Assembly: GCA_963813065.1 (NCBI GenBank)
Contig: CAWEXP010000010.1
Span: 96,250-160,249 of the forward strand
DNA from: Candidatus Kaiserbacteria bacterium
GTDB taxonomy: Bacteria; Patescibacteriota; Minisyncoccia; Phycocordibacterales; Phycocordibacteraceae
DNA: 64,000 nucleotides
Direction: 5' to 3'
Below are positions 41,442-49,259 of this stretch, in pieces. The notes below the pieces were generated by a model, which was given only the letters and a program-made list of their open reading frames with translations, did not search any database and was not told where the DNA came from. Both the position numbers and the translations under genes were made by a program. Numbering within the stretch: position 1 is the stretch's first letter; each line of letters opens with the position of its first letter.

Positions 41442-42315
41442 ATGGCACTCCTCGACACTGACATCCAAGCGCTCGAACAGAAGGCGGTCGAGATTCGTAC
41501 GACCGTCATCGAGATGCTCGTGTCTGCAGGGAGCGGACACACCGCAGGGCCACTCGATATGGCGGACATTTTCACTGCCTTTTATTTTCATATTCTCAAG
41601 CATGATCCGAAGAATCCGGCGTGGGAAGAACGTGATCGGCTGATTCTCTCAAATGGCCACATTGTCCCGGTGCGCTACGCGGCGATGGCGCACGCGGGCT
41701 ATTTCCCGGTCGAGGAGTGTTTGACTCTGCGGAAGTTCGGCTCGCGTCTCCAGGGTCACCCCGAGCGATTGCGTTTGCCTGGTCTCGAGACGACCTCGGG
41801 CCCACTCGGCGAGTGGCCTCTCGCAGGCCGCGGGCATCGCGTATGCGCTCCGCATGCAGGACACGGCGTATCAATTCAGAAGTTGGACACGCCGTGTCCA
41901 ACTTGGGAAACCGCGGTGTATTGCCTCACGAGCGACGGCGAGCACGATGCGGGCAACACGTGGGAGGCGGCGCTTTGGGCGGGGAAAAATAAATTATCGA
42001 ATCTCACCGCGCGTGGTCGATCGCAACAATATCCAGATTGACGGTATGACCGAGGACGTCATGCCGCTCGAACCTTTTGCCGATAAATATCGCGCATTCA
42101 ACTGGCACGTCATCGAGGTCGACGGTCACAACATCCGCGCATTCATTGAGGCCGTTGAAGAAGCGAAGGCGATCGAAGAGAAACCGACAATGATTATCGC
42201 GCACACCATCGCGGGCAAAGGCGTGAGAGAGATTGAAGGCGACTATCACTGGCACGGCAAACCGCCCACCGCTGAAGAAGCGAAACGATTCCTCGCTGAA
42301 ATTCACCATGCATAA
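41442..42315 (+). pseudogene. tkt: Transketolase N-terminal subunit (split TK), disrupted by three frameshifts and carrying a 25-bp REP1-like hairpin inside the coding sequence
   Basis: SGHTAGPLDMADIFTAFYF..., GHPE...PGLETTSGPLGE | GLSQAAGIAYALRMQD | AVYCLTSDGEHDAGNTWEAALWAGKNKLSNLTA | VDRNNIQIDGMTEDVM...FNWHVIEVDGHN alternate between two frames. Confidence 0.65.
41880..41904. repeat. REP1-related perfect palindrome AAGTTGGACACG-C-CGTGTCCAACTT inside tkt coding sequence
   Basis: 12-bp arms. Its core GGACACG.CGTGTCC is shared with REP1 of REPtron 1. It lies exactly where the tkt frame switches. Confidence 0.6.
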
Positions 42316-43317
42316 TCCTTCTGCAAAATTAGTCGAGAATCTGTTTGACGCGAAGATTGCGCAGGCGCCGACGCGCGACGGATTCGGCAAGGGGACCATT
42401 GAAGCCGGGAAAAAAGACCAGCGTGTGGTGGTGCTCTGCGCCGATCTCGCGGAGTCGACGCGCGCTGAATGGTTCGAAAAAGAATTTGTCGACCGATTTA
42501 TTGAAGTGGGTGTTGCCGAACAGAATCTGGCGGCGCTCGGGAGCGGTTTCGCGGCCGGCGGGAAAATCCCCTTCATCGCGAGTTATGCCGCGTTTTCGCC
42601 GGGCAGAAATTATGAGCAGATTCGTACCACCATCGCGCTCAATCAGCAGAACGTGAAGATTTGCGGCATGCACGCGGGCGTCTCGGTGGGGCCCGATGGC
42701 GCGACGCACCAGATGCTCGAGGATATCGGGCTCATGCGCATTTTGCCGCATATGATTGTGCTCAACCCGTGCGACGCCGAGGAGGCGCGGAAGTCGGTCA
42801 TCGCGGCGGCCCTGCACGACGGGCCCGTCTACATCCGCTTCGGTCGCGAGGCAGTGCCTGTGTTCACCACGAGTGAGACGCCCTTCGCCATCGGCAAAGC
42901 GCAAATTTATTATGAAAATCCGGATGAAGGTGAGTCGGGTTCCAAAGTTGCGCATACTCGCGACCGGGCCTCTGGTCTACGAGGCGCTCAAGGCCGCGGA
43001 GGCGCTCGCGAAGGAGGGCATCCGCGCAATTGTCGCGAATGTTGCCACCATCAAGCCGCTCGACGAAGACACCATCTCTCGATCGCGCGCGCGACCGGGC
43101 GCATCATCACGGTCGAAGAGCATCAGACCGCGGTGGATTCGGCAGTGCGGTCGCCGAACTGCTTGCAGAAAAATTACCGACCCGCATCGAGCGCATCGGC
43201 GTCCGCGATCAGTTCGGTCAGTCCGGCACACCCACCGAGCTCCTCAAGCACTACGGTCTCGATTCTGCGGCAATCCTAGAACGCGCTCGCGCGGTAGTCC
43301 GCGGGAGCATTTCGTAA
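42308..43317 (+). pseudogene. tkt: Transketolase C-terminal subunit (split TK), disrupted by about three frameshifts
   Basis: MHNPSAKLVE...FIEVGVAEQNLAALGSGFAAGGKIPFIASYAAFSPGR...CGMHAGVSVGPDGATHQ (frame 2), then KLRILATGPLVYEALKAAEALAKEGIRAIVANVATIKPLDEDTI (frame 0), then GRIITVEEHQTAVDSAV (frame 2), then GGFGSAVAELLAE...RIGVRDQFGQSGTPTELLKHYGLD (frame 1). Confidence 0.65.
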
Positions 43318-44259
43318 TTTTTCTTCGAGCACGGCGCGGGTGAGTAAGCCTTCTTGCGCGCCGATTTTTTGTACCACGCCGCCTGCATTGATGGGGCCCC
43401 ACGCGAGCGCCTCAGGAACGGTCTTGCCGAGCACGAGTGCGGCGACCGCTGTCGAAGAGAACGCATCGCCCGCGCCGGTGCGTTCATACGCGTTCTCGCC
43501 ATCCGGGTACAGACCGATTTTCCATGCGCCATCCGCAGAGAGAGCATACGCGCCCACGGGTCCATCGGTGAGAAAACAAACTTTTGGCCCCTTCGCATGC
43601 ATCAGCTCCATCAATTTCTTCTCGTCTTCTTCTTGCGTGTCGAGAATAATTTGATATTCCTCTTTGTTCGCAATAAAAATGTCAGTGCGCGCGTAGGTGC
43701 GCGCGAGTTTCTCACTGCCTTCTGCAATTTGGAACGTGCCGGGCTGGAAGGCGAGCAGGATCGAGGGGCTCTGTTCCAGCCAATCCGCGAGCGGCTCGTG
43801 GAGGAACATGCCAGCTTCACCGATCGAAGAGAGATACACCGCTTTCGGCGTGGGCATGGGGCTTGGCAAGTGGTACTCAAAAGCCGTGTGTTTGATAAGA
43901 ATGGTGCGCTCGGGACCATACCAGAGGACGTAATGTTCGTTGGTATCTTTGCCGTCTTCGACCGCGACGAAATTTTCGGCCACGCCTTCCTTCGTGAGTG
44001 TTGCGAGGCAATCCTCGCCGCCACGATCTCGACCCACCGCCGCGAAGAGCGCCGAGGAGAGCCCGAGACGCGCGGCCGCGACGGCCGCATTCGGCGCGTT
44101 GCCGACGGCCGTGACGCGCTTGGCGAATTCGTAGGGAATTTTGTCGCCGAAGCGCATTGTGAGCGTGCAGTGTTCGTTGTGCTCGTCACATTTGACCTCA
44201 GCCTCCTTAAGCCGGATGAAGGTGTCGTTGACCAAGTCTCCAATCGCGAAAAAATCCAT
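43276..44259 (-). CDS. PfkB-family carbohydrate/ribokinase-like kinase
   Basis: N-terminal GDLVND substrate-lid, and C-terminal TGAGDAFSSTAVAAL (the PfkB signature GAGD anion hole). Intact 327 aa. Confidence 0.75.
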   Translation of the reverse strand: MDFFAIGDLVNDTFIRLKEAEVKCDEHNEHCTLTMRFGDKIPYEFAKRVTAVGNAPNAAVAAARLGLSSALFAAVGRDRGGEDCLATLTKEGVAENFVAVEDGKDTNEHYVLWYGPERTILIKHTAFEYHLPSPMPTPKAVYLSSIGEAGMFLHEPLADWLEQSPSILLAFQPGTFQIAEGSEKLARTYARTDIFIANKEEYQIILDTQEEDEKKLMELMHAKGPKVCFLTDGPVGAYALSADGAWKIGLYPDGENAYERTGAGDAFSSTAVAALVLGKTVPEALAWGPINAGGVVQKIGAQEGLLTRAVLEEKLRNAPADYRASAF

Positions 44260-44273
44260 GCTACGATTCTACC

Positions 44274-45293
44274 ATGACTGATCTTGTCGCTACCGCGCGC
44301 TCGCTTTTCGTGAAAGGGAAAGGGCTTCTTGCGGCCGATGAGAGTGTGCACACGGCCGACGCGCGACTCGAATCATTTGGTATCACCCCTCGACCTGGCT
44401 CGGGGCAAGCAGGTCGCGAAGAAATGCGCCGCCAGGATCGCGCACTTTTCCTCGAAGCTCCCGGTATCGAGCAGTACCTCTCGGGCGTCATTCTCTTCGC
44501 GGAGACCTTCGACGAGAAGGGCAGTACGAAAAAATTATTTCCTAAGCAACTCATCGCGCGCGGTATTGCGGTAGGGATTAAAGTCGACGAAGGTACCGAG
44601 CCTCTTGCCGCGAGCCCGAAGGAGACCATCACGAAAGGCCTTTTCGGTCTCCCCGAGCGATTCAAGGAGTTTCGTGACAAGGGTGCGACCTTCGCCAAGT
44701 GGCGCGCGGTCATCCACATTGATGGCGACCAGTTGCCCACGGCACACGCAATTCATGAAAATATGAAGCGTCTCGCCAACTATGCGCGCGAGGCGCAGGA
44801 GTTCGGCCTCGTGCCGATCATCGAGCCGGAAGTTTTGCACAGCGGCAAGCATTCGCGCCGTCGCGCCGAGCAGGTCCTCGAAGACACGCTCGGCACACTC
44901 TTCTCGGTGCTCGAGGAACATGCCGTCGATCGCGCGAGCGTCATCCTCAAAACGTCGATGGCACTCTCGGGGAGTGAATCGAAGAAAAAAGATACGCCAG
45001 AAGAAGTCGCCGAGAGCACGCTCGACGTCCTGCTCAAGACTGTACCGAAACAGATTGCGGGTATCGTTTTCCTCTCGGGCGGACAGACACCGGATCAGGC
45101 AACTGACAACCTCGCGGCCATTGCGCGCGCCGCCGCGGCGCGCGCGACTCCTTGGCCACTCACTTTTTCGTACGCCCGCGCACTCCAAGAGGAGGCACTC
45201 GCTATTTGGAAGGGCGACCCCAAGAATGTTCCCGCCGCTCGTGCGGCCTATCTCGCCCGGCTCGAGAAGGTTGCAGGCGCGCTCAATATATAG
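44274..45293 (+). CDS. fba: Fructose-bisphosphate aldolase, class I
   Basis: KGLLAADES..., IVPIIEPEVL, and the Schiff-base region LLKTSMAL; collinear with eukaryote-type class I FBA along its length. Confidence 0.85.
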   Translation: MTDLVATARSLFVKGKGLLAADESVHTADARLESFGITPRPGSGQAGREEMRRQDRALFLEAPGIEQYLSGVILFAETFDEKGSTKKLFPKQLIARGIAVGIKVDEGTEPLAASPKETITKGLFGLPERFKEFRDKGATFAKWRAVIHIDGDQLPTAHAIHENMKRLANYAREAQEFGLVPIIEPEVLHSGKHSRRRAEQVLEDTLGTLFSVLEEHAVDRASVILKTSMALSGSESKKKDTPEEVAESTLDVLLKTVPKQIAGIVFLSGGQTPDQATDNLAAIARAAAARATPWPLTFSYARALQEEALAIWKGDPKNVPAARAAYLARLEKVAGALNI

Positions 45294-45308
45294 TATCCTC
45301 CCGGGACA

Positions 45309-45942
45309 ATGTTTACGCTCGAAGTAACCCAGAGAAAGGCGGGTAGCCCAGGCGCGCTCCGGCGCGCCGGGTCGGTCCCTGCGGTCGTCTATGGCGCCCA
45401 CCAGGCGTCAACGCCGATTGCGGTCGATGCCCGCGCATTCGACAAGGCCTTCAAGGTCGCCGGCGAGTCGTCGGTCATTTCGCTCACCGGTCTCGGCGCG
45501 GCTATTCCCGTACTCGTCCAGGAAGTTGATCTCGACCCGCTGACCTACCTCCCGCGCCACATCGATTTCTACGCCATCACCAAGGGCGAGAAGGTCGAGG
45601 TCGCCGTGCCACTTGTCTTCGTCGGCGAGTCGGCGGCGGTCAAGGGCGGCGCCAATCTCATCAAGGTGCTCCGCGAGCTCGAGGTCAAGGCCGACCCGAT
45701 GAATCTCCCCGCCTCCTTCGAGGTTGAATCTCGCGCTCCTCGTCAACATCGACGACCAAATTCACGCCGGCGATCTCAAGCTCCCGGCGGGTGTCGAGCT
45801 CATGGTTGAGCCCGAGGAAGTCGTTGCACTCGCGCAGGAAGTGGTTGAGGAGAAGGAGGAAGTCGCACCGGCTGACCTCTCGGCTATCGAGGTGGAGAAG
45901 AAGGGCAAGGAGGAGGCTACAGAGCCCGAAGCCAAAATTTAG
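45309..45942 (+). CDS. rplY: Ribosomal protein L25/general stress protein Ctc, with one frame shift near 45729
   Basis: N-terminal L25 domain ...RRAGSVPAVVYG. The C-terminal LALLVNIDDQIHAGDLKLPAGVELMVEPEEVVA continues in the +1 frame. Confidence 0.75.
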
Positions 45943-45984
45943 GACATCCGATGTCCTAAATGCATTTGGACATCGGATGTCCTA
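45940..45984. repeat. Pair of REP1-family palindromes in opposite orientation (BIME-like doublet): TAGGACATCCGATGTCCTA and TGGACATCGGATGTCCTA
   Basis: Copies at 45940-45958 and 45967-45984, immediately after the rplY stop. The loops CCG and CGG are inverted relative to each other. Confidence 0.55.
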
Positions 45985-46008
45985 ATTCGCGTGCTAAACT
46001 AGCCGGAC

Positions 46009-47376
46009 ATGCGCCGGTTTTTTGTTTTCCTCACAGGACTCGTCCTCTTCACGGTACCACTCACTGTATCTGCACAAGCTAGCCCGAGCGGCTCGGTCGC
46101 TCTAGGGTCGGTCGCCGATCGCCAGGCCCAGCTCCAGGCCCAGCTCAACTCGCTCGAGAGCCAGATTGCCGACCAACAATCACTCCTGAATCTCGCGCAG
46201 AATCAGCACCAGACGCTCCAGACGCAGATCGACGCCTTGAATGCCCAGATCAAGAAGACCCAGCTCCAGATCCAAGCGATCAACCTGACTATCCAACAGC
46301 TCCAGGGCGGTATCGGCACCGACAATCAGACCCTCGCCTCGCTCTCGTCACAGCTCGCGAGCGAGCAAGAATCGCTCGCACAGATTATGCGTCAGACGCA
46401 GATGCTCGATGACTACTCGGTCGTCGAGGTCGCGCTCTCCTCGCAGGACGTGTCCGGATTCTTCAGCGATCTCGATGCGTTCACTTCTATCAAGAGTTCG
46501 CTCGCCGATTCTTTTAATCAGATCCACCAGACGAGTGCCTCGACTGAGGCTGAGAAAGCACAACTCGAAGCGAAACTCACCGAGGAACAACAGCTCCAAT
46601 CCGAGGCCCAGCTCGCCAAGCAAGAGGTCCAGCAACAAGAAGCGGACAAGGCTCAGCTCCTCGCGACGACGAAAGGCCTCGAGACGAACTATCAGAAATT
46701 AATTACGAATAATCAGAAGACGGCCGCGCAGATTCGTTCTGAACTCTTCGCGCTGGCCGGTGGTGGCGGGCAGATACCGCTCCCGACCGCCATCACGCTC
46801 GCCAAGCAAGCGGGCGCGGCCACGGGTGTGCGCCCCGCGCTCATCCTCGGCATTTTGAAACAGGAAACCGATCTCGGTGCGAACGTGGGACAGTGTCTCC
46901 TCACTAATTCGCCGAACAAGGGCGACGGTAAAGGGAAAAATACGGGCACTTATTTCCGCGGGGTGATGAAGCCCTCGCGCGATGTTGATCCATTTATGGC
47001 GATTACTTCTGCACTCGGTCTCGATCCGTATTCGATGCCGGTCTCATGCCCGCCCTCCTATGGTTACGGCGGCGCGATGGGGCCGGGGCAATTCATCTCC
47101 TCGACGTGGGTGCTCTATCAGAATCGCATTGCAAAATTGGCGGGGCATTACGGTACGCCCGCGAACCCGTGGAATAATCTCGATGCCTTCACCGCCATCG
47201 CGCTCCTGATGGCAGACGACGGCGCCGCGCTCCAGACGCCCTCTGCTGAGCGCACGGCCGCGCTCCAGTATTTCGCCGGCGGCAATTGGCGCAATCCCGC
47301 CTATGCGTTCTACGGCGACGGCGTGATGGAATTCGCCAGCGACTTCCAGCAAGACATTCAGCAACTCGGCGGGTAG
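46009..47376 (+). CDS. Secreted peptidoglycan lytic transglycosylase (SLT_2/MltB-like C-terminal domain) with a long N-terminal coiled coil
   Basis: Signal peptide, then about 230 aa of Q/L-rich heptads. C-terminal ...LGILKQETDLGAN...GAMGPGQFISSTW... matches the lytic transglycosylase catalytic region. Confidence 0.55.
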   Translation: MRRFFVFLTGLVLFTVPLTVSAQASPSGSVALGSVADRQAQLQAQLNSLESQIADQQSLLNLAQNQHQTLQTQIDALNAQIKKTQLQIQAINLTIQQLQGGIGTDNQTLASLSSQLASEQESLAQIMRQTQMLDDYSVVEVALSSQDVSGFFSDLDAFTSIKSSLADSFNQIHQTSASTEAEKAQLEAKLTEEQQLQSEAQLAKQEVQQQEADKAQLLATTKGLETNYQKLITNNQKTAAQIRSELFALAGGGGQIPLPTAITLAKQAGAATGVRPALILGILKQETDLGANVGQCLLTNSPNKGDGKGKNTGTYFRGVMKPSRDVDPFMAITSALGLDPYSMPVSCPPSYGYGGAMGPGQFISSTWVLYQNRIAKLAGHYGTPANPWNNLDAFTAIALLMADDGAALQTPSAERTAALQYFAGGNWRNPAYAFYGDGVMEFASDFQQDIQQLGG

Positions 47377-48060
47377 TTAGTCCCTCCAAGGTTGAACCTC
47401 GGCGAAAGTACGCGCATCACTAATCAACGCGTTAATGTTCGGAATTTGCGAATGCTCGTAATAATTCCGCATATTCACCCGGTTCAGTATCGCCGCTTCT
47501 GGTCGGGTTGAGCCGAGGTAATCAGGAAGACTCGAGTAACGATATTCTGCGAGAAAAACATGCGCATCTTTCTGGTTTCGGATCAGGCCCTCTTTCCACC
47601 TCGGTTCCACTAACTCCGCTGGATTCGCATGAATGTAATTTACGAGCCGTTTAAAATAACGGTCGTCGTCAACGTGTTTTGATTTGAAGCGGCCGCCGAA
47701 GAGGGCGCCAGTTCGTTCCTCTTTCTTATTAAAATACATAGTATAGCCGGTGCCGATTTTTTGCATAAAGAGAGCGACTCCATTATTGGAGGTTTGTTGT
47801 AACAGAATGTGGAAATGGTTAGGCATAAGGCAATATGCGCCGATGGCAACCAGCGGATGTTCTCGTGGCCACTCAACAATCTCCTCCAAGGTTGAACCTC
47901 GGTGGTTATCGCCCAAGTGGACGGGTGATTCGTCATTCGCACTCACGAGCAACATGAGAAAACGTTCATAGTCTCGCTCGAAAAGAAAGACATCGCGCTT
48001 ATCGACTCCGCGATTGTAACAGTGATACCACTCGTCTGTTGCGAATGGTTCTCGATTCAT
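47377..48060 (-). CDS. REP-associated tyrosine transposase (RayT/IS200-like) copy 3. The likely start is MNREPFATDEWYHCYNRGVDKR at 48060; the longer listed ORF reads through the upstream REP.
   Basis: HUH motif NHFHILL, and Y-motif EYRYSSLPDY. Confidence 0.7.
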   Translation of the reverse strand: MNREPFATDEWYHCYNRGVDKRDVFLFERDYERFLMLLVSANDESPVHLGDNHRGSTLEEIVEWPREHPLVAIGAYCLMPNHFHILLQQTSNNGVALFMQKIGTGYTMYFNKKEERTGALFGGRFKSKHVDDDRYFKRLVNYIHANPAELVEPRWKEGLIRNQKDAHVFLAEYRYSSLPDYLGSTRPEAAILNRVNMRNYYEHSQIPNINALISDARTFAEVQPWRD

Positions 48061-48102
48061 CCAACGATTGTAGCAATCCCTCCAAGGTTGAACCTCGGTT
48101 TT
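47377..48102 (-). mobile_element. REPtron 3: RayT-type transposase with imperfect palindrome REP3 (CTCCAAGGTTGAACCTCGG) at its 3' end, inside the gene and 5' of it
   Basis: REP3 at 47384-47402 (encodes the last 7 codons, EVQPWRD), 47884-47902 (internal) and 48080-98. Confidence 0.6.
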
Positions 48103-48328
48103 TTCCAGTAGGCGATAACTTACCTCTGGTCCGAGGCCGATTGCCCAGACACCCTCCGCATGCGCAGCGGACGCCAGTATGCCTACCGCCGAAGCGGCCA
48201 ACAGGAGTGTACGCATGGTAGAACCTCGCTGATGTGAAGATCGTTTTCGGACAAATCGTCCGAGTTGGGCACGAGCCCATCCGGGGGCACCTTAGCACGA
48301 GGGTGATTTATGTCAAAAATAGAAAAAG

Positions 48329-48359
48329 AAACCCCGTTCTCTTGGAGAGAGCGGGGTTT
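48329..48359 (-). terminator. Rho-independent terminator for the OMP gene (stem AAACCCCG/CGGGGTTT, followed on the minus strand by a T-run)
   Basis: Hairpin plus CTTTTTCTATTTTT on the minus strand, directly 3' of the gene ending at 48388. Confidence 0.5.
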
Positions 48360-48387
48360 AAGTGTTGGCAGCGATGCCAAAGAGCTG

Positions 48388-49077
48388 TTACCAGCGGAAG
48401 CTGACGCCGAAACGGAGAACGTCCGCAGTAACGTAGAAGTTGTCGATGTTGCTACCACTGGGGAAGATGTCGCGATCATGCGACGAGCTCAAGTCGGTGT
48501 GTATGAGATGCAAACCGACGGTCCAATGCTCGGTGAATGCGGCGTTCAATCCGGTCTCGCAAGAAGTTCCCATCAGGGCATTGCTCGATGTGGACTTGCC
48601 GTTGACACCATAATCGTACTTGTACCCGTACATGCCGTATGCGCCGCCGCACGACACGGTCCATTGGACAGGCTCGCCGAGGACGTAAAACCCATCCCAG
48701 ACGCCGAGGCGGATGCTGCCGAGGCCAGAGAGGCCTTGGTAGTCATTCTCGCCCCATGCGGGGAACTGCTGTTCCTTCTGGAAGAAGTTTTGCTGATAGT
48801 CGGCGCTGATGGACCAGCCAATCGTCGTATCGCCGATAGGGAAGAGTTCCCGGTCGTACTCGACGCCAACGCCGGCACCAAGACCGCTTGAGGCAGTGGA
48901 GGCCTTATAGAGCGATGGTGCTCCGCCAGACGTTGACCACTCCTTTGAGTTGTTCTTCACGGACGTCTCGCCCATAAAGGCGGTGGTGCGGAGGCCGTTC
49001 CAGTAGTTATCAGCCTTTGCAGCTGGAGCTGCGAATGCCGACACGACCGCCAAAGCGGCAAGCATGGATGTGCGCAT
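48388..49077 (-). CDS. Outer-membrane beta-barrel (OmpA/OmpW/porin-family-like) protein. The likely start is MRTSMLAALAVVSAFAAPAAKA at 49077.
   Basis: Signal peptide with AKA|D cleavage site, alternating amphipathic beta-strands, and a C-terminal ...FGVSFRW aromatic terminus typical of OMP barrels. Confidence 0.55.
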   Translation of the reverse strand: MRTSMLAALAVVSAFAAPAAKADNYWNGLRTTAFMGETSVKNNSKEWSTSGGAPSLYKASTASSGLGAGVGVEYDRELFPIGDTTIGWSISADYQQNFFQKEQQFPAWGENDYQGLSGLGSIRLGVWDGFYVLGEPVQWTVSCGGAYGMYGYKYDYGVNGKSTSSNALMGTSCETGLNAAFTEHWTVGLHLIHTDLSSSHDRDIFPSGSNIDNFYVTADVLRFGVSFRW

Positions 49078-49259
49078 GTTTTTACCCTCGTTGAATAGAT
49101 CTGTGCCGGACAGTGCCGGGTCGTGGGACACCCCACTCCGGGGAAGAGGATAGCATAGTCTAAATTTTTTGTCAAGCTCACTATCCCCATGCTCGCGCCC
49201 ACTGCGGGCGCGGGTGCCCCCTGCGTGCTACGATAAAGCTATACAAGCTACCCAATACC

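Noticed and set aside
47377-48216. Signal-peptide-like N-terminal extension (MRTLLLAASAVGILASAAHA...) on the RayT-3 ORF
   Set aside because: The extension reads through the upstream REP3 copy (TEVQPWRD). The homologous RayT N-terminus (MNREPF...YHCYNRGVDKR) starts at the internal ATG at 48060.
48310-48891. 193-aa plus-strand ORF opposite the OMP gene
   Set aside because: It is antisense to a gene with signal peptide, beta-barrel periodicity and its own terminator.
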